Positions 39,311 through 49,533 are shown, counted from the first letter of the stretch. The stretch is 64,000 nucleotides of DNA from an uncultured delta proteobacterium (GCA_963808235.1 CAWEEQ010000004.1:3264001-3328000); one strand, 5' to 3'. Program-made: numbers and translations. The notes: generated by a model from the letters alone, not told the origin.

Positions 39311-39826
39311 CTAGCGCCGCGACAACCTCGGGTTCGCATTCATCCGGCGCAGCCGTGTGTTCTCATTTATGATTCGCCATTCGTAACCGTCGATCAGCGA
39401 CATCCACGCAGCCTCGACCGTGTTGGTCGACTTGGCCATCGTCGTCCACACCATCTGCCCATCGGCAAATTTCTTCACCGATACGACGTCCGCCTCGGTC
39501 GAAGCGCCGGTCGCATGCTGGTAGGTTTCGATCACGCGCACCGGCTCCAGGTATGGAAAATATTTGAGCAGCGCTTTGCGCAGCGCCACGTCGAGCGCAT
39601 GCAACACGCCGACGCCAGACGCCGCTTCGGTCTCCTCGACCGTACCGATCCGAATAATGATTGTCGCATCGACGGTCATCTTGCCGTCGTAGACATCGTC
39701 GATCACGCGCCGCCGCACGATCTCGAACGGTGCCACGTAGTCGTTCAAGGCGCGCAGCTTCGCCAGTTCGCGCGACGCCTGCGGCGGTTCCGCTTCGTAG
39801 AAATCTGCCTGCCGTTCAGTACTCAT
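39311..39826 (-). CDS. Stand-alone isopropylmalate/citramalate synthase regulatory (LeuA dimer) domain
   Basis: DATIIIRIG, SGVGVLHALDVALRKAL..YFPYL, WTTMAKSTNTVEAAWMSLIDGYEW resemble the CimA/LeuA C-terminus. Confidence 0.75.
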   Translation of the reverse strand: MSTERQADFYEAEPPQASRELAKLRALNDYVAPFEIVRRRVIDDVYDGKMTVDATIIIRIGTVEETEAASGVGVLHALDVALRKALLKYFPYLEPVRVIETYQHATGASTEADVVSVKKFADGQMVWTTMAKSTNTVEAAWMSLIDGYEWRIINENTRLRRMNANPRLSRR

Positions 39827-39927
39827 CGGGAATACCCGCAAGGTGACCGCGATATATCTATCGATCGATTATCGTAAGGGCGCGAGCGGCTTTCAAGCGC
39901 GAGCGGAGTTGCCATAATGGTTGACTT

Positions 39928-41952
39928 GTGACGCGAATAACCGAATCTCCGCGATTCCAACCTTCCGCCGTGCACGTGCGCCTGTTGATAGTCGTCGCGG
40001 CCGCAAGCGCAATACTTTTTGCCACGCCGCGTCGCGCGCTCGCCGCTCGGGTCAGGATTCCTCTTACTATCGATTACATCACGCTGCGCGAGGCCCTGAA
40101 ACGCAAGCTCTACACCGCGCCCGGCGGTCGCGCGCCGCTGTGGAACGGCGGCGACGATTGCCAGTTTCTATATGCCGAGAATCCCCAGTTCTCGCGCGCG
40201 GATGCGAGTTCCAACGTGAAACTTGAGACCGCCACCAGCCTCGGTCTCGGGCTGGCGGTCGGCAGCCAATGTCTGAACGGGGTCAATTGGAGCGGCATCG
40301 TTGAAGCACTTGGCACGCCATACATCGCGCCCGGACTTCAACTCAAATTTCATTTCAGCGATCTCAATCTCTACGACTCGCAGCATCAAAAGACGACGCT
40401 GATGTCGCAGGGCTTCGACCTGATTAAGAATGACCTCCTCCCCCAGCTCGACGCGTTTTCATACGATCTGAATCCGAGCGTCCGCCAACTTTCCTCGCTG
40501 ATCGGCGATTCCTCGACGCCCGAGGTCGCCGATCGCATTCGCGCCGCGATCGCGACGCTCACCGCCGAGCCGGGTATCGCCGCGCTCGACGACGGGATCC
40601 GGGTGATTGTCGTGATGACCGTGCCGGACACGGCCATTCCCGGCGCCGACCGTTCCGATGCGACCCCCTCGCCCGCCGAGCTCAAAGCGTTCCAGACCAC
40701 GCTCGATCAATGGGATGCGTTCCTGGTTTTTGCGGTCAAGCAACTCGGCGACTCGGTCGGCGACAAGCAGTTCCGCGACAAGTTGCTGAAAATTCTGCTC
40801 GACAGCAGGTATCGGCTGGTCCAGGCGCTTCAGCATCCGCCGGAAAACGCGGGACCTGATCCGGTGCGGATTATTTTCCTCGACGAATGGCGTCAGCTTC
40901 ACGACGCAGTCCGCTCCGCCGCGGCGCGCGGGATGCTCGGCGCCCGCGCGCTCGAATTCCTGTCGTTCATCTCGGCGGGCGACGCGTTGTTTGCGCTCGA
41001 TCAGGCGGCACCCGCACTTGGGATGCGAATTTCGGCGCAGGATCTCCGCCGCCTCGCGCATATCATGGCGCCCAACGCGGCCGGCGACCCGCTCCGATTC
41101 GACTATCATGAGGATCGCGATCTGAAGAAGCTGTTCGCGATGCCCCCGCCGCCCGAGAGTCGCGGCCCCCTCGACACTTCCGAAGACGCGCCGCCCGCTT
41201 CGCTGAGGCCGCCGGCGCCTGCGCTCACAGCACCATCGCACTCGACGCCCGGGCCGAGCTCGTTGCTCCACAAAGACTGGCTCGCGATCTTATCACCGAG
41301 CGATGCGGCCGCCGCCGAATCGGTAATCGTCCCGCGTCTTCAGGACGTCGCTGCCCGGCTCTTTCGGGTCGTCTTGACCGAAGAGAATGCCGCCCCGTAT
41401 CGCCAGGACATGGCAGTGCTGCTCGATCTCAGCGCCGAGTACGCGCTTGGCAGCGGCGAAGTCGACGGGGCCAACGGCAAAATGTATGTGGTTCTGATCA
41501 AAAGCACCGCGTGGCAGGAAAGCTGCTGGCGGCAATTCATAAAGGTCGGCGCGCGGGTGCGATGGCTGGAATCGCCGACCGGCGACATCGGCCTGATGCA
41601 GGTGAACAAACACATCTGGCGCGGCTTTTTCAGTCTCGAGCGGCTCGAATGGGACGTGCTCTACAACGCCGGCGCCGGCGCCGAGGTTCTCGCCGAGATG
41701 ATGCACTTCACGATCTCGCAGCCCCGGCAGGATCCCGTGCCGGTCGCCGAAAATCTGGCCCGCTCGACCTATGCCGCGTACAACGGCGGTCCGGCCGAGT
41801 ACAATCGATGGCGTCGGCGCGAGCCCCCGGCGCTTCGATTGATCGACAACCAGTTCCTCGAAAAGTACCAGACGCTCGCGAGCGGCGCGCCGATCGACAT
41901 CCTGTACTGCGCCCGCGAATCGATCCGCCGCCGCGACATTCGCTCGCACTAG
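39928..41952 (+). CDS. Secreted protein with C-terminal lytic transglycosylase (SLT) domain
   Basis: Signal peptide; AWQESCW, GDIGLMQVN, YAAYNGG. Confidence 0.82.
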   Translation: MTRITESPRFQPSAVHVRLLIVVAAASAILFATPRRALAARVRIPLTIDYITLREALKRKLYTAPGGRAPLWNGGDDCQFLYAENPQFSRADASSNVKLETATSLGLGLAVGSQCLNGVNWSGIVEALGTPYIAPGLQLKFHFSDLNLYDSQHQKTTLMSQGFDLIKNDLLPQLDAFSYDLNPSVRQLSSLIGDSSTPEVADRIRAAIATLTAEPGIAALDDGIRVIVVMTVPDTAIPGADRSDATPSPAELKAFQTTLDQWDAFLVFAVKQLGDSVGDKQFRDKLLKILLDSRYRLVQALQHPPENAGPDPVRIIFLDEWRQLHDAVRSAAARGMLGARALEFLSFISAGDALFALDQAAPALGMRISAQDLRRLAHIMAPNAAGDPLRFDYHEDRDLKKLFAMPPPPESRGPLDTSEDAPPASLRPPAPALTAPSHSTPGPSSLLHKDWLAILSPSDAAAAESVIVPRLQDVAARLFRVVLTEENAAPYRQDMAVLLDLSAEYALGSGEVDGANGKMYVVLIKSTAWQESCWRQFIKVGARVRWLESPTGDIGLMQVNKHIWRGFFSLERLEWDVLYNAGAGAEVLAEMMHFTISQPRQDPVPVAENLARSTYAAYNGGPAEYNRWRRREPPALRLIDNQFLEKYQTLASGAPIDILYCARESIRRRDIRSH

Positions 41953-41962
41953 CGCTGGGCGA

Positions 41963-42721
41963 TCACATCGCGAGGCCGCCGTCGAGCTGGATTACTGCGC
42001 CGGTTATGTATGAGGCGGCATCGCTAAGCAGGAACGCCGCCATCGGCGCCACGTCCTCAACTTTTCCGAAGCGACCGAGCGGAATCATCGCGAGCGCCTG
42101 CGCGCGATTCTCCTCGGGCATCGCCGCGGTCATGTCAGTCTCGATAAATCCAAGCGCGAGCGCGTTGACGCGAACGTTGAGCCGCCCGACTTCTTTCGCG
42201 ACCGACTTGGTAAGCCCGATCAATCCCGCCTTGGCCGCGGAATAATTCGCCTGCCCGGGCAGTCCGATCAATCCGCTGACCGAGCTGATATTCACAATCG
42301 ATCCGCGCTTCGCCTTCATCATCATGAACGCCGCCGCGCGCGCGAAGTTGAACGGCCCGGTCAGATTGACGCGGATAACTTCGCTCCAGTCGTCTTCCGA
42401 CATCATCACGAAAACCTTGTCGCGGGTGAGGCCTGCGTTATTGACCAGCCCGTCGATTTGCCCGAATTCCTTCTTGGTCGCATTGACCATCTCGCGCACG
42501 TTCTTCAGATCGCCGACGTCGACTTTGTACGAGAGCGCTTTCACGCCGAGCTTTTCGATCTCGGCCTTCAATTCCGCCGCCTGCTGATCGCTCTTCAGGT
42601 AGTTGAACGATACGTTGGCGCCGCGGCGCGCGACCTCGAGCGCGATCGCCCGCCCAATTCCGCGAGTCGCGCCGGTAACGATAATTCCCCGCCCTTCGAG
42701 ATCTTTCAACTTGCACGACAC
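41963..42721 (-). CDS. 3-oxoacyl-ACP reductase family SDR (FabG-like)
   Basis: TGATRGIG, NNAGLTRD, GQANYSAAKAG, GFIETDMT; GGAGA RBS. Confidence 0.9.
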   Translation of the reverse strand: MSCKLKDLEGRGIIVTGATRGIGRAIALEVARRGANVSFNYLKSDQQAAELKAEIEKLGVKALSYKVDVGDLKNVREMVNATKKEFGQIDGLVNNAGLTRDKVFVMMSEDDWSEVIRVNLTGPFNFARAAAFMMMKAKRGSIVNISSVSGLIGLPGQANYSAAKAGLIGLTKSVAKEVGRLNVRVNALALGFIETDMTAAMPEENRAQALAMIPLGRFGKVEDVAPMAAFLLSDAASYITGAVIQLDGGLAM

Positions 42722-42736
42722 TTCTCCAAAGTATCT

Positions 42737-43304
42737 CTAGTCGGTTTCCCGCCGCCGTCATCTCGCGCTCCAGAAGCGGCCGATACTGATCGATGTACGA
42801 CAGATAATTGTATCCGAAGCTGCGCTCAAGCTCGGCGTCGTACTTCGGCGGCTCGGCGTCGAGATCTTTCGCAAGCCACGTCACGAGCATCCACTCCTCG
42901 GAGCGGGGCGCTTTGCGCAGCGCGTCGCGCCGTAGCATCACCTGTTTCGGCTCGAGACCGGTGAGCCGCGCGAGCAGCGGGATCAACTCGCTCTCATTCT
43001 TCGTCATCTCGTCGCGCGCGAATAGATTCACCGAGTAAATGAGCATCGTCGCGATACATGCGGCGACGGTATCGGGCGTCGCGCGATCGCCGTACCGGGC
43101 GAGCGGTCCATTCGACGAAAGCGCATAGGCGAGGAACTCCGCGTTGGCGTCGAGCAATGTCGAAATAAACTTCAGTGCGCGCGGCGACCCCGACTCGCGT
43201 AAACGCGCGCGCGTCGCATCGAGTCCAGGCTTCGCCAGCCGCCGCATAAAGCGCCGGCGCGCCGGCGACAGCCAGTAGAGCAATCCCGCGAGCATCGCGG
43301 GCAT
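42737..43304 (-). CDS. Hypothetical protein (probable +1 frameshift just before its stop)
   Basis: GC-type codon usage to ~42750. As read, the frame runs on out of frame into the FabG-like gene; removing one G gives GAA ACC GAC TAG. Confidence 0.55.
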
Positions 43305-43330
43305 GGGTCTAACACAGCGCGCCCGAGAAT

Positions 43331-43360
43331 AAAAAAGGGCCGCTCCCAATGGAACGGCCC
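43331..43360 (-). terminator. Rho-independent terminator after the iscA-like gene
   Basis: Minus strand GGGCCGTTCC-ATTG-GGAGCGGCCC-TTTTTT. Confidence 0.85.
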
Positions 43361-43399
43361 AAATCGAATCTTCGTTGTGACTGGTTAACTGGTTACATG

Positions 43400-43795
43400 C
43401 TACGCGCTGAACGACGACCCGCATCCGCAAGTGCGGCTCGCGCGCGGATTGTCGAAGCGGAATCCCGCGCCGTGCAGACCTTCGACGTAGTCGAGCGTGG
43501 TGCCCGCGATATACGGCAGCGAGATCTCATCGACGTACACCAGCACGCCGCCAAAATCCGTCACCCGGTCGCCGTCCTTCAGCGTGTCGAAATTGAGCGA
43601 GTACTGGAACCCGGAGCATCCGCCGCCGGTCACGCCGATTCTGAGTCCCTGCCCCGCACCGAGGCCTTCCTTCGCCTGCATCTTGCGCACCATCTCGATC
43701 GCGGTCGGCGTGAGCTTCACGTCGGGCAGCGACGCGGTGTCGATTCGCTCGACCGGCGCCTGTTCGCTATGCTCGTGATTAAGTTCTTCGGCCAT
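43400..43795 (-). CDS. Fe-S cluster A-type carrier (IscA/ErpA/HesB)
   Basis: GGGCSGFQY, FDNPRASRTCGCGSSF. Confidence 0.95.
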   Translation of the reverse strand: MAEELNHEHSEQAPVERIDTASLPDVKLTPTAIEMVRKMQAKEGLGAGQGLRIGVTGGGCSGFQYSLNFDTLKDGDRVTDFGGVLVYVDEISLPYIAGTTLDYVEGLHGAGFRFDNPRASRTCGCGSSFSA

Positions 43796-43953
43796 ATTTT
43801 TTGACTTCCTTCAGTAAGAAGCGCTTACTCATCGGTACCTGCGCTCTACCAAGGAACTAATCTTAGCGTAAGAATCGAGTCAATGCATCCGGTGTCAACT
43901 TGGGCCAAAAGCCCCTTTAAACCTTGCGGAAATACTAGCGCCTGACCGATTTC

Positions 43954-45081
43954 ATGAATGTTTCACGTGAAACATTGGCCCGGACCGCGCGTGAACTTGG
44001 ATTCGGGCTGGTCGGCTTCTCACGCCTCCGACGACTCGAGGAGCGAGAGGATTTTTACCACCGATGGCTCGCCGACCGCGGTCACGCGACGATGGACTAC
44101 CTGGCCCGCGAACCTGAGCGGAGATTCGATCCGCGCCATCTCGACCCTCGCTATAAGTCCGTCGTGAGTCTGGGCTACCCGTACGCGCCTCCTGCGCCGC
44201 CTGAAACCTTCGCCGGCATCGACTGGCGCGCCGAGATGCGCGGACGTATCGCCGCGTATGCGCTCGGCCCCGACTACCACGACTACGTGCTGAAGCGCGC
44301 CCGCCTCATCGCGGACATGATCACCAAAAACCAGCTCGGTTCGATCGCGCGCGCTTACGTCGATACCGGCCCGGTCTTCGAGCGTGAGTGGGCGACCGAG
44401 GCGCGGCTCGGATGGTTCGGCAAAAACACGATGCTTCTGAATCGCGATCATGGCTCATATTTTTTTCTCGCCGAGATTTTCACCGACATGGAGTTCGAGC
44501 CGAGCGCGGAACCGTATCGCGAGCATTGCGGAACCTGCCGACGATGTATCGATCTGTGCCCGACTGGCGCGCTCGCCGAGGGCTACGTGATGCGTTCGGA
44601 TCTTTGCATCTCGTACCAGACGATCGAAAATCGCGGCTCAATTCCGCGCGAGCTGCGCCCGAAGCTCGGCAACTGGATCTTCGGATGCGACATCTGCAAC
44701 GAGGTCTGCCCCTGGAACGACACCTCGAGTGCCGATGCGAACGCCGCGCACGAGCTTGCCCCGCATCTGCCGGACCTGCTCGCCCTCGACGACAATGCGT
44801 TCAGCGCCCGCTTCACCAAGAGCGCGGTGAAACGCGCCAAGCGCCGCGGACTATTGCGCAACGTCGCGGTCGTGCTCGGCAACACGCGAAATCCCGACGC
44901 GATTCCGGCGCTCATACAAGCGCTCGAACACGAGCGCGAACCATTAGTCCGCTCACACGCGGCGTGGGCGCTCGGACAAATCGGAGGATCGGCCGCGAGG
45001 TACGTCCTCGAGCTCGCGAGCACCCGCGATAACAACCTCGCGGTTCGCGCCGAGATTGCTTCGGCGCTCGAAACAAACTGA
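43954..45081 (+). CDS. queG: tRNA epoxyqueuosine reductase
   Basis: AYALGPDYH, YVDTGPVFER, GWFGKN, CGTCRRCIDLCPTGA, FGCDICNEVCPWN, HEAT tail. Confidence 0.95.
   Translation: MNVSRETLARTARELGFGLVGFSRLRRLEEREDFYHRWLADRGHATMDYLAREPERRFDPRHLDPRYKSVVSLGYPYAPPAPPETFAGIDWRAEMRGRIAAYALGPDYHDYVLKRARLIADMITKNQLGSIARAYVDTGPVFEREWATEARLGWFGKNTMLLNRDHGSYFFLAEIFTDMEFEPSAEPYREHCGTCRRCIDLCPTGALAEGYVMRSDLCISYQTIENRGSIPRELRPKLGNWIFGCDICNEVCPWNDTSSADANAAHELAPHLPDLLALDDNAFSARFTKSAVKRAKRRGLLRNVAVVLGNTRNPDAIPALIQALEHEREPLVRSHAAWALGQIGGSAARYVLELASTRDNNLAVRAEIASALETN
43959..43974. promoter_or_regulatory. parS: parS centromere site
   Basis: Perfect TGTTTCACGTGAAACA inside a 20-bp palindrome (43957-43976). Confidence 0.9.
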
Positions 45082-45129
45082 TCGGCTGCGCTTGTCAAAA
45101 CCGCGTCGCTTAGGGAACACTGAATACGG

Positions 45130-45969
45130 ATGCCCATTGAATCCACAAGCGACGCGCGGCGCGAATTTGCGATAATCGCGGCGAGAGAGCCGGTGCCGCT
45201 GGCGCGCGGCGCCTTGTTGATTGCCAAGGAAGAGTATCCCGACCTTGACATCGACGCGTATCTCGACAAGCTCGCAACGCTCGCACGCGAGGCGGAGCCT
45301 ATAGTTCGCGCCGGCGAAGACACCATCGAGAAGGTCCAGTTACTGTCGCACTTCTTGTTCGAGCTGAAGGGATTCGAGGGCAACGCGGAGAATTTCAAGG
45401 ACCCGCGAAACTCGTTCCTGAACGACGTGATCAATCGCCGGCTCGGAATTCCGATCACGCTGTCAGTCATTTATCTCGAAGTCGGCCGCCGACTCGGAAT
45501 CAATCTCTATGGCGTCTCCTTCCCGACTCATTTCCTGGTCAAGGCGGTCGACGAACGCGGCGAGCTGATCATCGATCCGTTCGTCGGCGGCAAGATTCTT
45601 TCGCTCGACGAGATTCGCGCGCGTCTGACGCAAATCTACGGGCAGCCGGTCGAGCTGAATCCAGCGATGCTGAAATCGCGCGGCGCGCGGCACATCCTGG
45701 CTCGGATCCTCCGCAACTTAAAAATCTTTTACCTCGACGCGTCGGATTGGACTCGCGCGCTGGCGGCGCTCGATCGGATCATTCTGCTCGAGCCGCGCGC
45801 GCTTGAGGAGCTGGTCGAACGCGGCAGCCTTTTCGAGCGGCTCGAATGCTTCAAGCCGGCGCTCGATGACTATCAGAGTTTCCTGTCGCAAGCGCCCGAG
45901 CATCCCGCCGCTGACGCAGCCCGCGAAGCGGTGCTGCGCCTGATTCGCCAGGTAGCACTAATCAATTGA
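45130..45969 (+). CDS. SirB1 / transglutaminase-like protein with TPR tail
   Basis: EEYPDL, GFEGN...DPRNSFLN, RLGIPITLS, FPTHF, IDPF, RILRNLK. Confidence 0.88.
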   Translation: MPIESTSDARREFAIIAAREPVPLARGALLIAKEEYPDLDIDAYLDKLATLAREAEPIVRAGEDTIEKVQLLSHFLFELKGFEGNAENFKDPRNSFLNDVINRRLGIPITLSVIYLEVGRRLGINLYGVSFPTHFLVKAVDERGELIIDPFVGGKILSLDEIRARLTQIYGQPVELNPAMLKSRGARHILARILRNLKIFYLDASDWTRALAALDRIILLEPRALEELVERGSLFERLECFKPALDDYQSFLSQAPEHPAADAAREAVLRLIRQVALIN

Positions 45970-46002
45970 CCGCGCTGATCAACTGACCCGGCCGCTTCTT
46001 CG

Positions 46003-47430
46003 ATGGCTGCATCTCCGAAAGGCGATTTTTTCCAATCGAGCCGCGCCGCGGTAAACGATCATGAGCTGCGTCGCAAGCTCGAGAGCGCGAGCGCGCGCCA
46101 TCTCGATCACTTCGCCCAGGTCAAAGCCGAGTTCCCCACCTACGACGAAGAACGCGAGGCGGCGCGAAGAATAAAAACCGACGCTATCGCTCATCTCGAC
46201 GAGTTGCTGATCGAGCTGACGACGAAGCTCGAAGCGCTCGGATGCAAGGTGTTCTTCGCCGAGGACGCAAAGCAAGCGCGCGACTATATTGTCGCGCTCG
46301 CGAAATCCAAAGCTGCGAAAAACGTCGTCAAGGGCAAGTCGATGACGACCGAGGAAATCGAACTCAACGGCGCGCTCGAAGCCGCGGGAATCGACGCAGT
46401 TGAGACCGACCTCGGCGAATACATCGTGCAGCTTCGCGGCGAGAAGCCGTCGCATATAATCACGCCCGCGATTCACCTGTCGAAGGAAGACATCGGCCAG
46501 CTCTTCACCGACAAGTTCGGCATCGAATACACCAGCGAGCCGGAAAAACTCACAGCCGAGGCGCGCGATCGTTTGCGCGCGATTTTTCTCGCGGCGGATT
46601 TCGGCGTCACCGGAGTCAATTTTGCGATCGCCGAGACCGGCACGCTCATCATCGTCGAGAACGAAGGTAACGGGCGCCTGTCGAGCACGATGCCGGAGAC
46701 ATTCGTCGCGGTGATGGGAATCGAAAAAGTGATCCCCAAGCTGAGCGACGTGAGTCACTTTCTGGAGATCCTCGCGCGCACCGCGACCGGTCAGAAGCTG
46801 ACGACCTACACCAGTTTCATCACCGGACCGCGTCGCGAGGGCGAGCTCGACGGACCGATTGAGATGCACGTCGTGATTCTCGACAATGGGCGCAGCGCGA
46901 TGCTCGCGGACCCGGTTCTGCGCGAGGCACTGAACTGCATCCGATGCGGCGCGTGCCTTAACGTATGCCCGATCTACCGGCGAATCGGGGGCCACGCGTA
47001 TCGTTCGGTTTACCCGGGACCGATCGGATCGATCATCAGTCCGAATCTTTTTGGCAGCGCCGCCGGATACCTGCCGTTCGCCTCGACGCTGTGCGGCGCG
47101 TGCAAGGATATCTGTCCCGTAAAGATCGATATCCCGCGTATCCTGCTTCATCTGCGATGGAAAGAGACTACCGGCAAGCGTCCGCTAAAGTGGCCGCGTG
47201 CGATCAGGCGAGCGCGATCCGGCGCGCGCAGGTTCGCCGGCATCGCGCGGCATCCGCGCATCGCAAGATTGCTCGGCAGACTCGCGGCGGCGCTCCTGAA
47301 GCCGTTCTCCCACGATGGCTATCTCCGCCGAATGCCACCGCCGTTCGGCAACTGGACCAAGTACCGGAATTTTCCCCGGCCGCGTCCGCGCGATCGGAAG
47401 ACTCCTGAGGCAGAGACTCCGGCAACCTGA
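46003..47430 (+). CDS. lutB: Lactate utilisation Fe-S protein B (LutB/YkgF)
   Basis: KGKSMTTEE, ETDLGEYIVQL, PSHI, ENEGN, CIRCGACLNVCP, CGACKDICP. Confidence 0.92.
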   Translation: MAASPKGDFFQSSRAAVNDHELRRKLESASARHLDHFAQVKAEFPTYDEEREAARRIKTDAIAHLDELLIELTTKLEALGCKVFFAEDAKQARDYIVALAKSKAAKNVVKGKSMTTEEIELNGALEAAGIDAVETDLGEYIVQLRGEKPSHIITPAIHLSKEDIGQLFTDKFGIEYTSEPEKLTAEARDRLRAIFLAADFGVTGVNFAIAETGTLIIVENEGNGRLSSTMPETFVAVMGIEKVIPKLSDVSHFLEILARTATGQKLTTYTSFITGPRREGELDGPIEMHVVILDNGRSAMLADPVLREALNCIRCGACLNVCPIYRRIGGHAYRSVYPGPIGSIISPNLFGSAAGYLPFASTLCGACKDICPVKIDIPRILLHLRWKETTGKRPLKWPRAIRRARSGARRFAGIARHPRIARLLGRLAAALLKPFSHDGYLRRMPPPFGNWTKYRNFPRPRPRDRKTPEAETPAT

Positions 47431-47432
47431 AC

Positions 47433-48125
47433 GTGGCCGAAATTCATAAAATAATCGCGAACGTGAAGAACGCGCTCGATTCAGGCGCGCCCTCGATCGA
47501 TCATGCCGGAAGCGCACGCAACGCAATGCCCGTCGCACCGTCGGCGCATCGCGCAGAGCTCGCAACTTCTTTCGCGCGTGAGCTGGAGGCAGTTGGCGGC
47601 ATCTTTCTCGGAATACTCAGTCCAAGTGCGATGACTAGTCGAATAGTCAGTCTGGCGGCAGAGCTCGATGCGAAAGCAGTAGCTATTGGCCGAGGTCTCG
47701 AGACCGATATGGGCGTGATTGGCGAGGCACTCGAGCGCGCGGACCGTAAGATAGTGCGCACGCTGCCGGTCGCGGATATCGAGCGCGCCGCGATGCGCGC
47801 GCGGGTTGCCGGCGCAGGCCTCGGGATCGCTGAGGCGGATTTCGCAATCGCATCGACCGGCACTCTTGCGGTTGTCTCGACCGATTCACGGCCGAGTTCG
47901 CTGACCTTGCTGCCGCCTGCAAGTCTGGTGATCGTTAGAATCGATCGGATAATGCCAACGCTCGCCGACGTTCTCGCGGCGCTCGGGCCCGACGGCGTCG
48001 CCGCGCATCGCTTGACGCTCATCACCGGGCCGAGCCGCACCGCGGATATCGAGAAGCGAATCGTGCTCGGCGTCCATGGCCCCAAGTCGCTTCATGTAAT
48101 TATCGTCTGGCCCGACAATGACTGA
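47433..48125 (+). CDS. lutC: Lactate utilisation protein C (LutC/YkgG)
   Basis: AIASTGT, LITGPSRTADIE..IVLGVHGP. Confidence 0.9.
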   Translation: MAEIHKIIANVKNALDSGAPSIDHAGSARNAMPVAPSAHRAELATSFARELEAVGGIFLGILSPSAMTSRIVSLAAELDAKAVAIGRGLETDMGVIGEALERADRKIVRTLPVADIERAAMRARVAGAGLGIAEADFAIASTGTLAVVSTDSRPSSLTLLPPASLVIVRIDRIMPTLADVLAALGPDGVAAHRLTLITGPSRTADIEKRIVLGVHGPKSLHVIIVWPDND

Positions 48126-48840
48126 GGTTCAACTTTTCTCGACCTGCCTAGCCGAGGAATTTTTTCCGGAAGTCAACGACGCCGCGGCGACCGTCCTGGA
48201 GCGGCTGCGGCTTAAGGTCACGCCCATTCGCGGCGCGTTTTGCTGCGGACAGGTCGCATTCAACGAAGGCATGCGCGATGAAGCGGTCGCGCTCGCGCGC
48301 CGTTTTCTGAATTCGGTCCAAGTCGACATTCCGATCGTCGCGCCATCGGGCTCATGCACCAGCATGCTGAAAATCTTTTACGGCGACCTGTTGGCCGGCG
48401 ATTCAGCGCTCGCGGCGAAGGCGAATGCTATCCGTCCCTGGATCTTCGAGTTCTCGCAATTCCTGGTCAACGTGCTGAAAGTGAAGTACGTCGGCGCTCG
48501 CTACGAACGCGCCGTCGCGTATCATCCGTCGTGTCATCTGATGCGCGAGCTGGGCGTGCGCGACGAACCGATGACCCTGCTGAGCGCGGTTGGCGGAATC
48601 AAACTTTGCGAGCTGCGCGACCGCGAGGAGTGCTGCGGATTCGGCGGGATGTTCTCGGTCAAGTTTCCGCATATCTCCGCCTCGATGCTCGAGGACAAAA
48701 TCGCGCGGATCAAAGAGAGCGGCGCCGAGGTGGTCGTCGCGAACGACTGCGGATGCCTGATGCAGATAGGCGGCGGCCTGAGCCGCGCCGGCGAGAAGAT
48801 CGAGCTGCGGCATCTCGCCGAGGTGCTCGCGTCGAGATGA
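48118..48840 (+). CDS. lutA: Lactate utilisation protein A (LutA/YkgE, CCG domains)
   Basis: FSTC, CCGQ, SGSC, YHPSCH, CCGFGGMFS, DCGCLMQ. Confidence 0.92.
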   Translation: MTEVQLFSTCLAEEFFPEVNDAAATVLERLRLKVTPIRGAFCCGQVAFNEGMRDEAVALARRFLNSVQVDIPIVAPSGSCTSMLKIFYGDLLAGDSALAAKANAIRPWIFEFSQFLVNVLKVKYVGARYERAVAYHPSCHLMRELGVRDEPMTLLSAVGGIKLCELRDREECCGFGGMFSVKFPHISASMLEDKIARIKESGAEVVVANDCGCLMQIGGGLSRAGEKIELRHLAEVLASR

Positions 48841-48913
48841 CAAGCTTCAGAAGTCTACCGGCACGGCCTTTGGTGGTTGCTCGGCTAATGATGTGATAAA
48901 AGCCAGCATACCG

Positions 48914-49144
48914 ATGAAGTTCAACCGCATCACAGTCGATCCGCGTCAAATGAATGGAGTTCCCTGCATTAGGGGCCTGCGGATTCCTGTAGCGACCGTG
49001 GTCGGGATGGTGGCGGACGGCATGACGCGCGACGAAATTCTCAAAGCCTATCCCGATCTAAAGGCCAAGGATGTCGAAGAAGCACTCCGCTACGCTGCAG
49101 AGGCTGTCCGCGAACGCGAATTGCCGCTGCGCTCCGCCTCTTGA
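48914..49144 (+). CDS. DUF433 antitoxin
   Basis: [40 protein letters not shown]. Confidence 0.9.
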   Translation: MKFNRITVDPRQMNGVPCIRGLRIPVATVVGMVADGMTRDEILKAYPDLKAKDVEEALRYAAEAVRERELPLRSAS

Positions 49145-49533
49145 GATTTCTCGTCGATAATTCTCTATCGCCGCTTGTCGCCGAAGGTCTGCGCAAGGCC
49201 GGACATGACGCCGCTCATGTACGCGAATATCGGATGCAGAGCGCTGACGACCGGCGGATTTTCGATCGCGCCAAGCGCGAACGCCGGATCATAGTCGCGG
49301 CTGATACCGACTTCGGCACCCTTCTCGCTCTCCGCGAAGCGCGAGAGCCGTCTGTGATCCTCTTCCGTCGTGCCTCGCAACGTCGTCCGGAAAAGCAGGT
49401 GCGTCTTTTACTTGCGAATCTTGGCGAAGTCGAGAAATCCCTGGGCGAAGGGAGTGCGGTCGTGTTCGAGGACTCGCGCGTGCGGATTCGGCCCCTGCCA
49501 ATCAAAAGGGTAGCGCGCCGGCACAAGCCGTAG
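49141..49533 (+). CDS. PIN-like toxin (DUF5615/VapC45-like)
   Basis: [31 protein letters not shown]; 4-nt overlap with the antitoxin. Confidence 0.88.
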   Translation: MRFLVDNSLSPLVAEGLRKAGHDAAHVREYRMQSADDRRIFDRAKRERRIIVAADTDFGTLLALREAREPSVILFRRASQRRPEKQVRLLLANLGEVEKSLGEGSAVVFEDSRVRIRPLPIKRVARRHKP

